A stretch of DNA of 64,000 nt, taken from assembly GCA_963823035.1 (NCBI GenBank), contig CAWGKG010000005.1:160001-224000 (forward strand), read 5' to 3'. This document shows positions 27,990 through 40,254 of this stretch, in pieces. The stretch comes from an uncultured Gemmatimonadales bacterium (lineage in GTDB: Bacteria > Gemmatimonadota > Gemmatimonadetes > Longimicrobiales > Gaopeijiaceae). Both the position numbers and the translations under genes were made by a program. The notes below the pieces were generated by a model, which searched no databases, was not told the origin of the DNA, and saw only the letters and a program-made list of their open reading frames with translations. Position 1 is the stretch's first letter. Every line of letters begins with the position of its first letter.

Positions 27990-30900
27990 ATGAAACACCC
28001 TGTTCACAAGCGAGCTCTGCGAATGGGTATGGGTCTTCTCGCGCTCTCGCTGATCGCGCCCGGGGGGGCGCTGGCGCAGGCGCAGGGCCAGGTCACCGGC
28101 CGGGTCGTGGACGCCCAGACGGGCCGACCTCTGTCGGGAGCGCAGATCTTCATCCCCGGTACGCAGCGGGGGGGCTCTCGAACGAGTCCGGTCGGTACCT
28201 GATCCTCCAGGTGCCCGCCGGTGAGTTCGTCGTGCGTGTGCAGATGCTGGGCTACGCGCAGACCGACCAGACGGTCACGCTCCAGGGGGGAGGGTCGGCC
28301 GTCGCGGACTTCAGGCTCCACGAGACCGCCATCAGCCTGGACGAGATCGTGGTGACCGGCGCCGGCGTGCAGACCGAGAAGAGAAAGCTCGGCAACACGA
28401 TCGCCACGGTGAACGCGGGGGGGCTGGAAGCGGCTCCCGTGGCGAACGTCAGCGAGATGCTCCAGGGAAGGGAGCCGGGCGTCGTCGGCCTGCCGGGCGG
28501 CGGGCTGGTGGGACAAGGAACGAGGATCCGTATCCGGGGGTCCGCGAGTCTCGCCCAGAGCAACGAGCCCATCGTGTACGTCGACGGCGTCCGGATGGAC
28601 AACTCGGGAGGCTACCGCGGCTCGCGGCTCAATGACATCAATCCCGAGTCGATCGAGAGGATCGAGATCCTGAAGGGCGCGGCGGCCGCCACCCTGTACG
28701 GCACCGAGGCCTCCAACGGCGTCATCCAGATCTTCACGAAGAAGGGTTCGACGGGCGACCTCCAGTGGTCGATGAAGATGGACCAGTCCTTCTCCAGCTA
28801 CCCCGGCGGTCAGATCAAGCCGAACTCCGGATTCGCTCGAACCCAGGAAGACGCCAGCCGCCTGAGCACCCTCTTCGGGCAGTCCATCCAGCCCTACGTG
28901 CCGTTTTCGGTCCCGATGTACGACCGCGTCTTCGAGACGGGTCACCAGAGCGCGATCTCGGGTTCGGTCACCGGGGGGGCCGAGGGTCTCTCCTACTACA
29001 TCTCCGGGCGTTGGCAGCACCAGGACGGGCCGATGGGAGGCGCGTCCCTGGGGCCGGTACGGGATACCGAGAACCATCGCCAGGTCACCGTCAACCTGAG
29101 CCTGACGCCGACGGAGAAGCTCCAGGTCCAGACCTCCGCGAATTACGTGCACGTCATTACGGAGGGACCGAACGCGGGGAACTCGATCTACTCTCCGTTC
29201 TCGGTCTCCCTCTACAGCAAGCCCGAGAAGGCCGTGTGCTTCAGCGAGATGCTGGGGAACGGCGAGTGCGCCGGCGCCGGAAACCCCACGGGCGCGCCCA
29301 CCTTCGGGACGGTCCGGGAAACCCTCTATCGCCAGTACACGAACGACACCGAACGCTTCACGGGAAGCGTGAAGGGCGGCTATCAGATCCAACAGGATCT
29401 CCGCCTCGAGGCCACGCTGGGCGTCGACTGGGTGGACGAGCGCGACGAAGGGATCACGCCCTACGGGTACAACGTGGACGGGATCAGTACCTCCGACACC
29501 CTGGGGGCCCGCTCGGTGACGGCACGTCGGCACAAAGACATCTCCGTCGACGTGAAGGGAAGCTGGAATCGGGATATCGGGGACGACCTCACGTCGAGCC
29601 TCGTGGTCGGCGGACAGGGCTTCTTCACCACCACCGAGAGTGCCGGGGGGAGCGGCAACATCTTCCCGGGACCTGGGATCAACGTCATCTCCGGAGCCCA
29701 GAACCGGGACGTGAACGAGAACTTCCTCCAGGTGGTGAACGGAGGGGTCTTCGCGCAGGAGCAGCTGGGGTTCCGCGACTACCTGTTCCTGACCGCGGGG
29801 GGCCGCTACGACAAGAACAGCGCGTTCGGGGAGTCCTCCACCGGAGTCTTCTATCCGAAAGTGAGCCTTTCGGTGGTCCCCAGTGACCGGCCGGGTTGGG
29901 ACAGCGAAGTCCTCTCGACCCTTCGCTTCCGGGGCGCCGTCGGTCAGTCGGGACTTCAACCCGGAGCCTTCGACAAGTTCACGACCTTCAACTCGATCGC
30001 CACGGACCTCGGAGCCGGGCTCCTCCCGGACAACCTGGGGAACCCGGACCTGAAGCCGGAAGTGTCCACCGAGTGGGAACTGGGGATCGAGGGCGGCCTC
30101 TTCCAGGATCGGGTCGGCATCAGTGCGACCTACTGGGACCGCCGCGTGAAGGACGCCCTGGTGCCCAGGCAGTTCGCACCGTCCGGTGGGTTCTCCAATG
30201 AGCAGCTCGACAACATCGGGGAGGTCACGGGCCACGGGTTCGAGCTCGGCTTGAACGCCCAGGCCTTCACGAGCGACGACCTGTCGGTGAGCGTCTTCGC
30301 GAACGCCGCCTACATGAAGGAGACGGTGACCGACCTGGGGGGAGCGCCTCCCCTGAAGGCTCAGGGGACGTATCCCCGGGTGAGGAACTTCATCCTCGAG
30401 GGCTACGCACCCGGCGCCATGCTCGGCGCCAAGCTGATCCAACCGTGTTCCCAGCGTCCTTCCGGGTCCACCTACCAGTGTCTGGAGACGGGCCAGCTTC
30501 CGTACGACACCAACCGGGACGGTATTCCGGACTCACAGGCGGACCTGCTCGCCTATCTCGCGAGCCCGCCGTCCAGGTCCTTCGACGACCCGCTGTTGAA
30601 TCCGCTCATCGTGGACGAAGACGGGGACGGGGACTACCTGGACAACTACCTCGGGAAGCCGACTCCGGACTGGCAGGGGTCGTTCGGCGCCGACGTCACC
30701 TTCCTGCAGAACTTCCGGCTGAACATGCTCTTCGAGTATCGGCTGGGGTTCGAGATCACCGACATCACGGACGCGTTCCGGCAGGCGAACTCGGGTATCG
30801 GCCGGAACACGCCTCGATCCGCGTGGGCCGAGGCGTTGCTCATGAACCCGGCCAGCACCCCCGAGGAGCGTCTCGAGGCCGTGAAGGCCTGGGCCTACGA

Positions 30901-31213
30901 GTTGAAGGCGCTGTCGCCCTACTCGGGGCTCAACACGATCAAGCCCGGGGACTTCCTCCGCTGGCGCGAGGTGTCGCTCACGTACGACCTGCCCGCCGAA
31001 CTGTCCGGGCGCATGGGTGCCGAGAGGCTCTCGCTGACGGTGAACGCTCGCAACCTGGCCCTGTGGACGAAGTACGAGGGGAACGACCCGGAGCTTTCCT
31101 ACCTGCCTCGATGCACCGACGCCAGCGTGTCGTGCAACTTCGCGGACGGTGTCGACGCCTACGGATGGCCGATTCCCAAGCAGTTCGGGATCTCGGTCCG
31201 GGCGGTGTTCTGA
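27990..31213 (+). CDS. SusC/RagA TonB-dependent transporter 1 (one frameshift in G-run 28168-28174)
   Basis: Signal peptide, GRVVDAQTG carboxypeptidase-like domain, LDEIVVTG, DINPESIERIEILKGAAAATLYG, GNPDLKPE, terminal F. Confidence 0.93.
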
Positions 31214-31280
31214 CATGTCTACGACACGCATGCACCGAGACCGGGATCTGTCACGAGGTCTGAGAGAGAGGAGAGCGTCG

Positions 31281-32657
31281 ATGTTCGACAAGACGAACCT
31301 GCGCCGGGCCCTCGGTTCCCCCGTGAGGACCTTGAGCCACTGCGCGACGATAGGGATTCTGGCCGGGCTTCTCACCGGCTGTTCCGGCATCTTCGAGGTC
31401 GACAACCCCAACAACATCAAGGGCGAGGACATCGACCTCGTCGAGGCTTCGAATTCGGTGGTGAACGGCGCGTACGGCACCGTGGCCAAGGGCCTCGCCG
31501 CGTCCTTGGGCGTGTATTCGCCCATCACGGACGAGATCACCTACATCGGGTCCCGGGACGCCTGGGGTGACCTGAACACCGGGATCGTTGCCAATCCCCA
31601 GAACGAGTTCCTGAACGTGGCGTTTCCCTACGTCGCCCAGGGCCGCTGGATGGCCGACGAGGCGATCAAGCTCATGGAGCAGCACGACGCCGATGGCGAC
31701 CTCCGGGACCGGGCCCTCCTGGCCCGTGCCTACCTCTACGGAGCTCTGGCGTACATCAGCATCGCCGACACGTGGGACGACTTCGCCCTGTCGGATCGAA
31801 GCGTAGCCGCCGCTCCGGTGGGAGCCGACTCCATGGGCGACCTCTACGACCAGGCCATCGAGTACCTCACCCAGGGGATGAGCGTCGCTCAAGCCCAGGG
31901 GAGGGACGACCTGGTGCTCACCATGACCGCGCTGCGGGCCCGTGCCCACCACGGCCGGGCCGTATGGGACATGCTGAACCCGGCGGGGTCCGTCCCCGCC
32001 AATCCCCTCGTGTCCAGCGCAGCGGCCGTGCAGGACGCCGAGGCGTTCCTGGCCATCAATGGGGGCGATGAGGGATGGCGGTACACGATCACCCTGGCCA
32101 ACAACGACATGATCCCGGGTGGGGAGATCACCCTCGGCCACAACATGAACGACCGGGCCGAGCTCCAGTTCGGAGCGGACTACGTGAACACGGATCCGAA
32201 CGATCCGGCCGCCATCACCTCGATCGCCCTCATGGACCCCGTGGACGGGATCCCCGATCCGGTGGTGAGCGAGAAGATCACCGAGTTCCGGGACGCGTTC
32301 CTCTACACGGTGATGACCCTGGTCTCCGCCAGGGAGATGCACCTCATCGTGGCCGAGGGGGCCCTGGCGGGGGGCAACACGAGCCAAGCGGTCCAGGAGA
32401 TGAACGTGGTGCGCGGTCTGGACGGGCTCACCGCGTACGATCCTGGAAGCTCGGCGATCACGCCCATGCAGATGCTCCGGCACGAGCGTCGCGTGAACCT
32501 GTTCCTCGAAAACCGCCGGCTCGCGGACATGTATCGGTTCGGGATCCAGTCCCGCTACTGGACGCCGACGTCCGACGCAGTCACCACCCCGGGGGAGCTT
32601 CTGCCCATTCCCCAGGTGGAGCTGCTTTCGAACTGCCACATCGCCGGCACCTGCTGA
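31281..32657 (+). CDS. SusD/RagB-like lipoprotein 1
   Basis: Lipobox LTGC, EMHLIVAE, ERRVNLFLENRRLADM.R, LPIPQVE. Confidence 0.9.
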   Translation: MFDKTNLRRALGSPVRTLSHCATIGILAGLLTGCSGIFEVDNPNNIKGEDIDLVEASNSVVNGAYGTVAKGLAASLGVYSPITDEITYIGSRDAWGDLNTGIVANPQNEFLNVAFPYVAQGRWMADEAIKLMEQHDADGDLRDRALLARAYLYGALAYISIADTWDDFALSDRSVAAAPVGADSMGDLYDQAIEYLTQGMSVAQAQGRDDLVLTMTALRARAHHGRAVWDMLNPAGSVPANPLVSSAAAVQDAEAFLAINGGDEGWRYTITLANNDMIPGGEITLGHNMNDRAELQFGADYVNTDPNDPAAITSIALMDPVDGIPDPVVSEKITEFRDAFLYTVMTLVSAREMHLIVAEGALAGGNTSQAVQEMNVVRGLDGLTAYDPGSSAITPMQMLRHERRVNLFLENRRLADMYRFGIQSRYWTPTSDAVTTPGELLPIPQVELLSNCHIAGTC

Positions 32658-32684
32658 TCGGCTCGCTACTGGAGCCGTGACGAA

Positions 32685-32722
32685 CCGGTCCGGGCGGGGA
32701 CATCGCTCCTCGCCCGGACCGG
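32685..32722 (+). terminator. Hairpin after susD1
   Basis: ccggtccgggcg ... cgcccggaccgg. Confidence 0.6.
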
Positions 32723-32837
32723 GCTCTTCCCTACGAAGCGAGGGGAGAGGCATCCCGCACGGTTGCCGCAGCCGACGCGCGCCCGTTACCATGACGTGAA
32801 TCCCCCCCGGGCGATCCCATTCCGCAAGGAGTCGGAT

Positions 32838-35760
32838 ATGCGCCGCGTTCCTCGTTCTTCTCTTTGCAGTGCGCTCGGGGGTCTGGCCCTCCTCTGGGCC
32901 TTCCCGCTCCACGCCCAACAACGCTATACGCTCGTCGGGCGGGTGATCGATGCGGCGACGCGTGCGCCGATCGCGGGTGCCCAGGTGACGATCCAGAGCG
33001 CCGGCGTGGGTGCTCTCACGGGCGAGCAGGGCAACTACACGATCCGGGCGACCCTCGCGCCCGGCGCCTACTCCATCGAGGCAACGTACATCGGGCGTGA
33101 GGGGGAGGCGCGGCGGGTCACGCTCGGGCGCGACACGCTGGTCCAGGTGCCGGACATCCTCCTCCGCTCGAGCGCACTCGCGCTCGGAGAGATCGTGGTC
33201 ACGGGCACGGCGGCCCCGACCTCGCGGCGGGCGATCGGCAACTCGATCTCGACGGTCTCGGGCGAACGCCTCGGCGAGGTGGCAGCGGTCACCATCGACC
33301 AGGCGCTCCAGGGCAAGATCCCCGGTGCCGTCATCACCAGCAACACCGGTACGCCGGGCGGTGGCGTGTCCATCCGGCTTCGGGGCACGAGCTCGATCGT
33401 GGGCGGGGCGGAGCCGCTCTTCATCGTCGACGGCGTGATCATCGACAACAACGGCGACCAACAGCTCAACCTGGGCTACCGCTCGAACACCTCCAACCGG
33501 CTCGCCGACCTCGACCCCGACGACATCGACCGGGTGGAGGTCATCAAGGGCGCGGCCGCCGCGGCGCTGTACGGCTCGCGCGCGAACAACGGCGTGGTGC
33601 AGATCTTCACCAAACGCGGCCAGGCGGGCGCCAGCACGATCACCGCAGCCACGAACGCGACGTTCAGCCAGCTGGCCAGGAGGATCGACTTCGCGCTCAC
33701 GCCGCTCGACGAGGCCGGCAACCCGGTCCAACGCTACGATCCGCAGGACCTGATCTTCCACGACGTGTGGAGCGGCGACAGCTACGTGTCGGCGTCGGGC
33801 GGGTCGATCGACACGCGCTACTACGTGTCGGCCAACTGGGTCGATCAGGTCGGCATCATGCAGGGCTCGGAAAACCGGAAGCTCAACTTCCGCACCAACC
33901 TCGACCAGCGCCTGAGCGACTGGCTCCAGCTCGGCGTGGGCGCCAACTACATCCGGAGCTGGACCGACCTCCAGATCAACGGCGAGAACGGAACCGGTGG
34001 ACTGCTCACTTCGATCGTGTTCACACCGACAACGGTCGACCTGACGGAGCGCAACCCGGACACCGGCGAGCTGCGTCAACCAGGCCTACGTCTTCCCGAA
34101 CCCACTCGAAGTCATCGAGAACTGGCGGACGGGCCAGGACGTGAGCCGCTTCGTGGGCTCCCTGCAGGCGAAGGCCAACCCGATCCGGGACCTCTCGCTC
34201 GAGTACCGACTCGGTTACGACCGCTACGAGATGGAGACCTACCAGTCCGTTCCGCGGGGCCGACCCGACGCGCCCTCCGGACGCGCCAGCTCTTTCAACC
34301 GCCGCAACACGTTGCTCAACAACGACGTGGTCGCGAGCTACGTGGCCGGCGCGGGGCCGTCGCTGCTGCTCACCACCACGGCCGGCATGAACCACACCTA
34401 CCAGCGGGTCGAGCAGCTCGACCTCTCCGCCACGGACCTCACCCCGGGCACCCGGCTGGTGCGGGGCGCCGTGCCCTCGGCCACGGAGTCGCTGACGGAG
34501 CTGGTGACGCTGGGCTTCTTCGGGCAGGAGCAGGTCGCATGGAACGATCGCCTGTTCCTGACCGGGGCAGTCCGCCTGGACGGTTCGTCGACCTTCGGTG
34601 TCGACCAGCGCTGGCAGCTCTATCCGAAGGTGAGCGGGTCGTGGGTGATCTCTCAGGAGCCCGCCTTCCAGTCCAGCGCGCTCGGCGGTTGGTTCAGCGA
34701 GCTGCGCCTGCGCGCCGCGCTCGGTTACGCGGGCAATCAGCCGCCGCTGAGTGAGGCGTATGCCCGACTGCCGCGCTTCACACAGGTCACCAACATCGAT
34801 CGTCTGGGACTGATGCCGATCTCCACGCCGGCCAATCCCAACCTCAAGCCGGAGCGACAGCGGGAGTGGGAGGCCGGGTTCGAGGCGTCCTTCCTGAACG
34901 AGCGGCTGGGCGTGGCCTTCACCTACTACAACCAGCGTACCGAGGATCTCCTCCTCCCGCGGCCGTTCACGCCCAGCGCCGGGTACTCGAGCATCCTCGA
35001 CAACGTCGGCGTGCTCAGCAACAAGGGCGTCGAGCTCGAGCTGACGACGGTGAACCTGAACGGAGACACGTGGGGCTGGACCTCGAGGGTGCTGTACTCA
35101 CGCAACCGGAACCGCGTGGAGGAGCTGAACGTCGATCCGTACTTCGTGGGCTACACCAACCGGATCGAGGAGGGCCAGCCGCTCGGCGCGCACTACATGA
35201 TCGGCTACGAGCGCGACGCCAACGGGAACATCGTCGAGGACGATGTCGGGCCGGTGGCGACCGCCGGCCGCGTGATCGTCGGCGACCCGTGGCCGGACTA
35301 CACCATGTCGTTCTCGAACGAGGTGCGCTTCGGCGACAACCTCAGCGCGAGCATCCTGTTCGACGGCTCGTTCGGTGCGGACCTGTGGAACCAGACACGC
35401 CGCATCATGGACATCTTCGGTGCGGGCCCGCTCTATGACCGCCTGCTTCGTGGCGAGATCACGCCCGCGTACCGCTCGCGCATCCAGGGCATCTGGGAGG
35501 CCTATCTGGAAGACGCGTCCTACGTGAAGCTGCGCGACCTGACCCTCCGCTACCAGACGTCGGCGGACTGGGTCCGGCTTCTCGGCGCCGCCACGGCCCA
35601 GTTCGAGCTGGTGGCGCACAACCTGTACACCTGGACCGGCTACTCGGGCTACGATCCCGAGATCAACATGTTCGGGCTGAGCACGGTCGAGCGCGGAACG
35701 GACTTCGCCGTCTATCCGAACCCGCGCACGGTCGGGATCGGACTCCGGCTCACGTACTGA
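32838..35760 (+). CDS. SusC/RagA TonB-dependent transporter 2 (frameshift near 34075)
   Basis: LGEIVVTG, DLDPDDIDRVEVIKGAAAAALYGSRA, NPNLKPERQRE, YSGYDPE. Two ORF halves join near 34075. Confidence 0.92.
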
Positions 35761-35789
35761 CGCGTCGCACGAGACGAGAGGAGACAACC

Positions 35790-37086
35790 ATGCTCGACAT
35801 CATCCACGGGCGCGGCACTCTGTTCCTGGTCGCGGCGCTGCTCACCGGCGCGTGCAGCCTCGACCTCACCGACCCCAATTCGCCCAACGAAACGGACATC
35901 GTCACGGACGCCAACGGACTCATCGAGGTCGCGCGCGGCCTCCAGGCCGAGTGGGGCAACCAGATCGTGGACCCGGTCTACATCGACGCGCTGGTCACGG
36001 ACGGGATCGGCGCGATCCCACAGGCCTTCGAGGGCTATCGGCTGGTGGACGCGGGCGACCCCGTGTCCAACGACCTCGGCCCCTCCACGGAGACGTGGTC
36101 CGGGATGTACGACGTCGTCCTGGTCGCGGACATCCTGCTGCGGAACGCTCCGGACGTCCCGATGGAGCCCGGAACGCGCAGCGGGCTGCTCGTGCTCGGC
36201 AAGCTGTTCAAGGCCATGGCGTTCGGGAACCTGCTCCAGGTCTACGAGCGCATCCCGCTCACCGTGGGCCTGGACAACCTCGACGCACCCTTCGCGACCC
36301 GCGAGGAAGGCCTGGCGGCCGTGCTCCAGCTGCTGAACGAGGCGCGGAGCCAGCTCCAGTCGACGGCGCTCTCGGACGAGTTCCTCGGCGACGTGCTCGA
36401 GCCCGGCCTCGACGTGGCCAACACGATCGACGCGATGATCGCCCGATACTCGCTCATCAGCGGCGACCTCGCGGGCGCAGCCAGCGCCGCCGCCCGCGTC
36501 GATCCGGGCGTGCTCTCCGAGGCGCGGTTCTCGGCGACGGACGGCAACCCGCTCTGGAACATGTGGTACAACTCGGGCAACGCCTATCGCATGCGACCCG
36601 AGGACCGGTTCCGTCTCGAGGCCGAGGCTGGAGACGGGCGCGTGGCCTACTGGGTCACCGAAGCCGCGGTCGAGGGCTCCACCGAGCCGCTCGACGACTT
36701 CGCAAGGTACTCCGTGCGCGAGCACGCCTGGCCCTTCTATCTGCCCGACGAGATGCTGCTCATCCGCGCGGAGGTGCGCGGCGCGCCAGGGCGACCTCGC
36801 GGGGGCGCTCACGCTCGTGAACGAAGTGCGCACGCCTTGCTCGTCGGCAGTGGACGAGCCGGTCGCCTGCCTGCCGGCACTGGCGGCCGACGACGTGGCC
36901 ACGCAGAACGCGATGCTCGCGCAGATCCTGTACGAGCGCGAGTACGAGCTCTTCCTGCAGGGAGTGCGATGGTCGGATCTCCGCCGCATGGACGTGACAC
37001 CCAAGTACCCGTTCATGATGGTCGCCGAGACCGAGTGCGAACGGAACCCGAGCACGCCACGCGAGCTGTGCGGCATCACGCGCTGA
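35790..37086 (+). CDS. SusD/RagB-like lipoprotein 2 (frameshift near 36780)
   Basis: Lipobox TGAC, EMLLIRAE, then in the shifted frame ILYEREYELFLQGVRWSDLRR. Confidence 0.88.
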
Positions 37087-38146
37087 GGCGGGCGACGGGT
37101 CTCCTGGGAGCGTGCGCGGGCCTGGCCATCCAGGCCGCGCCGCTCCTCGGCGCAGCGCCGTCCGGAGCGGCTGTTCTACTACACGGACAACGAAGCGGCG
37201 TATCGCAGCCTGGTCGAGCACGTGGACCGCATCGACGTGCTCGCGCCTTCGGCCTACAACGTGGACGAGAGCGGGGTGGTGTGGGGCGAGTTGGACACGC
37301 GCGTGCTCGCGCTCGCGCGGTGAGCACGGCGTCGACGTCGTGCCGCTGTCGTGAACCGGGGCTTCGACCAGGAGGAGCTCCACCGCCTCCTGGCCGACTC
37401 GGTGGCGCGCGCACGCGTGGTGCAGACATGGTCGAGCTGTGCCGCCGCCACGACTACCGGGGCATGCAGATCGACTTCGAGAACCTCTCGATCCGCGACC
37501 GCGACGCCTTCACCCGCTTCTATCGTCGAGGCGGCGACGGCGCTGCACGCGGCGGGACGGCAGATCAGCGTCGCCGTAGTTCACCGTCCGGACGCCCTCG
37601 CGGGCGCAACGGCCTACCAGGAGTGGCTCTTCGACAGCTGGCGGGGCGGCTACGACCTGGCGGCGCTCGCGGAGGCGGGCGACTTCGTGTCGGTCATGAC
37701 CTACGCGCAGCACACGCGGCGTACGCCCCCCGGGCCGCAGGCCGGGCTCCCGTGGACGCGCGAGGTCGCCGGAGTACTTTCTGCGCTTCATGCCGCCGGA
37801 GAAGCTGTCGCTCGGCGTCCCGCTCGGGTCCCAGCACTGGTACACCTCGTACGAGGAGCGCATCACGCCCGAGCTCGCCCGCTCCTACAGCCGCTCCGTC
37901 AGCCATGACTGGGCCATGGGGCTCATCGAGCGCAACGGCGCGGAGGTGCGCTGGATGGAGGACCAGCAGACGTCCTACGCGTACTTCCCCGTGGCGGGCA
38001 CGTTCGAGTGGGTCTTCCTGGAGGACGCGCGCAGCTTCCGCGCCCGGCTGGCGCTGATCGACGAGCTCGGCCTCCGCGGCTTCTCGGCGTGGGTGCTCGG
38101 GCCCGAGGATCCTGCCATCTGGGAGCAGCTCGGAGGCGGGGCTTGA
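37068..38146 (+). CDS. Glycoside hydrolase family 18, secreted (several frameshifts)
   Basis: Pieces across frames: RLFYY, IDVLAPSAY, GMQIDFE, VSVMTY, KLSLGVP, EDARSF, LRGFSAWVLG.ED. Confidence 0.85.
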
Positions 38147-38445
38147 GGTGCCACCTGGGTCGAGGGCGCGGGGCGCGGCCGCGCCCCGCGGGAGGGCCGA
38201 GACCGTAGCCCTCCACCGGCGCACCCTGGCGGCGGAGCCGGTCTAGTCGCCCCCTCGTGGTCCCTTCGGCCCCCTTTGTCGGTCTTCTCCTTTTAAGCGG
38301 TTCGGTACGCGCCCCCTCCTATCGTCTTCTCGTGGTCGGGGCAGGGGCTCCGGCGCGCGCAGGGACGCTCGCCGCCAACGCCAGGACATGCCGCGCCGAG
38401 CCGAGAACCGAGCAATGGATCCCGAAGGGAGACGGAGGAGGGGAT

Positions 38446-40143
38446 ATGACGAGGTGGAGGATGATCCCGGTGATCGCGGCCATCGCGGCGATCGCGTGCA
38501 ACGGCGACAGCCCGGCGGGGCCCGGCGAGAGTCCGACGCCGGTGGCGGCGGTGGTGGTGGCGCCGGACACGGCCACACTCTCCGTCGGCGAGACACGGAG
38601 CCTTCAGGCGAAGGTCTACGCGGCGGACGGGAGGATGCTGAGCGGCCGGAGTGGGGCCTGGAGCAGCGACGACACGACGGTCGTCACGGTGGACGCCACC
38701 GGGAAGGCCACGGCACGCGCCCCCGGCCTCGCGATCGTGACCGCGAAGGTCGAAGGAAAGGTCGGGAAGGCGACGCTGCGCGTGCCCACGCCGGTCGTGC
38801 CGGTCGCGGCCGTACAGGTCGGGCCGGCGCCGGCGCTCGAGATCCAGATCGGCGCGACGACGCAGCTCGTCGCCCGCACGTACGCTGCGGACGGGTCGGA
38901 GCTCGATGGGCGCACCGTGACGTGGACGAGCGATCGCGCCGATGTCGCGTCGGTCGGCACGCACGGCCTGGTGAGCGGGCTCGCCGAAGGGGTGGCGAGA
39001 ATCACCGCCACCAGCGAGGGCAGAAGCGCCCATACGCTGGTGACGGTGAAGGCACCCGTCCAGGGCCCCGCCGTCGCGAGCGTCGAGTTGCGTCCGAGCC
39101 TGGTCGTGACCTACGCCGGCGTCGACGCACCCCTCGCAGCCACGGTGAAGGCGGCCGACGGCTCCGTGCTGTCAGGGAGGGAGATCGCCTGGACCATCGA
39201 TGACGCGAGCGTCGCCACCGTGAGCGCCGCCGGAGTCGTGAAGGGCCTGCGCGAGGGCGAGGCGATGGTGACCGCCTCGGTCGAGGGCAGGAGCGCCACG
39301 GTCGCGGTGTCCTTCAAGACCACCTCGAGCTACCACCTGGCCTACGATCGGGCGGGACCGGCGTTCTTCTGGATGGACATGCGCACCGGCTCGGCGAAGA
39401 AGATGCTGGAGCACGGCTCGGGAATCCGCTCGACGGATCCGAGCCCGTCCCCGACACGGTCGGGCTTCGCGTACGTGTACGACGGCGGCGGCGGAGCCCC
39501 GCCCCAGATCGCCATCCAGAGCTGGGACGGCGCGACGTACCGCTTCCTCACGGCGGGCGACCAGCCCGCGTGGTCGCCGGACGGAACGTACATCGCCTTC
39601 CGCAGCACGCGGGCGGGACGGGCCGACATCTGGTCGATGCGCGCCGACGGTTCGGCCAGTGCCGTCAACCTGACCGCGGACATGCCGCTGGGCGTGGAGA
39701 GCGAACGGCCCGCCTGGTCACCCACGGGCGACCGCATCGTGTTCGCGGCCTCGAACGCCCGCGGCGGCAAGGACCTGTGGATCATGAGCGCGGACGGTCG
39801 CGTGAAGAACTCTCTGACGCTGGGGCCGTCACAGGATACGGAGCCCACGTGGCTCGGCGACCGGATCGTCTTCACGCGTCGCACGCAGGCCGGCACGTCG
39901 GAGCTGTACTGGATCTACGTGAACGGCGCGCTCGCTCAGCGGCTCACGGCGGTCCCCGGCGCACAGATGCCCGCGTGGGCACCCGACGGGCGCTGGATCG
40001 CGTTCGTGGTGCGGGACGGGGACACCGGCCTCGGCGACATCTACGTCGTCCGCCCGGACGGAACCGACGTCCGACCGCTGTCCCTGCGGAGCGACGGTCC
40101 CACGGGAGGTGGCGCGAACCCGGCGTGGACGCTGCACGGGTGA
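38446..40143 (+). CDS. Lipoprotein with three Big_2 Ig-like domains and a TolB-like PD40 propeller
   Basis: Lipobox AIAC; three W.S.D..VA.V...G.V repeats; PAWSPDG, PAWSPTG and PAWAPDG repeats; strong RBS. Confidence 0.88.
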   Translation: MTRWRMIPVIAAIAAIACNGDSPAGPGESPTPVAAVVVAPDTATLSVGETRSLQAKVYAADGRMLSGRSGAWSSDDTTVVTVDATGKATARAPGLAIVTAKVEGKVGKATLRVPTPVVPVAAVQVGPAPALEIQIGATTQLVARTYAADGSELDGRTVTWTSDRADVASVGTHGLVSGLAEGVARITATSEGRSAHTLVTVKAPVQGPAVASVELRPSLVVTYAGVDAPLAATVKAADGSVLSGREIAWTIDDASVATVSAAGVVKGLREGEAMVTASVEGRSATVAVSFKTTSSYHLAYDRAGPAFFWMDMRTGSAKKMLEHGSGIRSTDPSPSPTRSGFAYVYDGGGGAPPQIAIQSWDGATYRFLTAGDQPAWSPDGTYIAFRSTRAGRADIWSMRADGSASAVNLTADMPLGVESERPAWSPTGDRIVFAASNARGGKDLWIMSADGRVKNSLTLGPSQDTEPTWLGDRIVFTRRTQAGTSELYWIYVNGALAQRLTAVPGAQMPAWAPDGRWIAFVVRDGDTGLGDIYVVRPDGTDVRPLSLRSDGPTGGGANPAWTLHG

Positions 40144-40151
40144 CCTCGAAC

Positions 40152-40184
40152 GGGGGAGGGCGGAACCGGAACCCGCCCTCCCCC
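40152..40184. terminator. Hairpin between convergent genes
   Basis: gggggagggcgg ... ccgccctccccc. Confidence 0.6.
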
Positions 40185-40254
40185 CGGTCCTCCACCTTCA
40201 GCTGCCCGGACATGGCCACGAGCACGGAAGATCGATGACACGAGCCCGCCCCCC

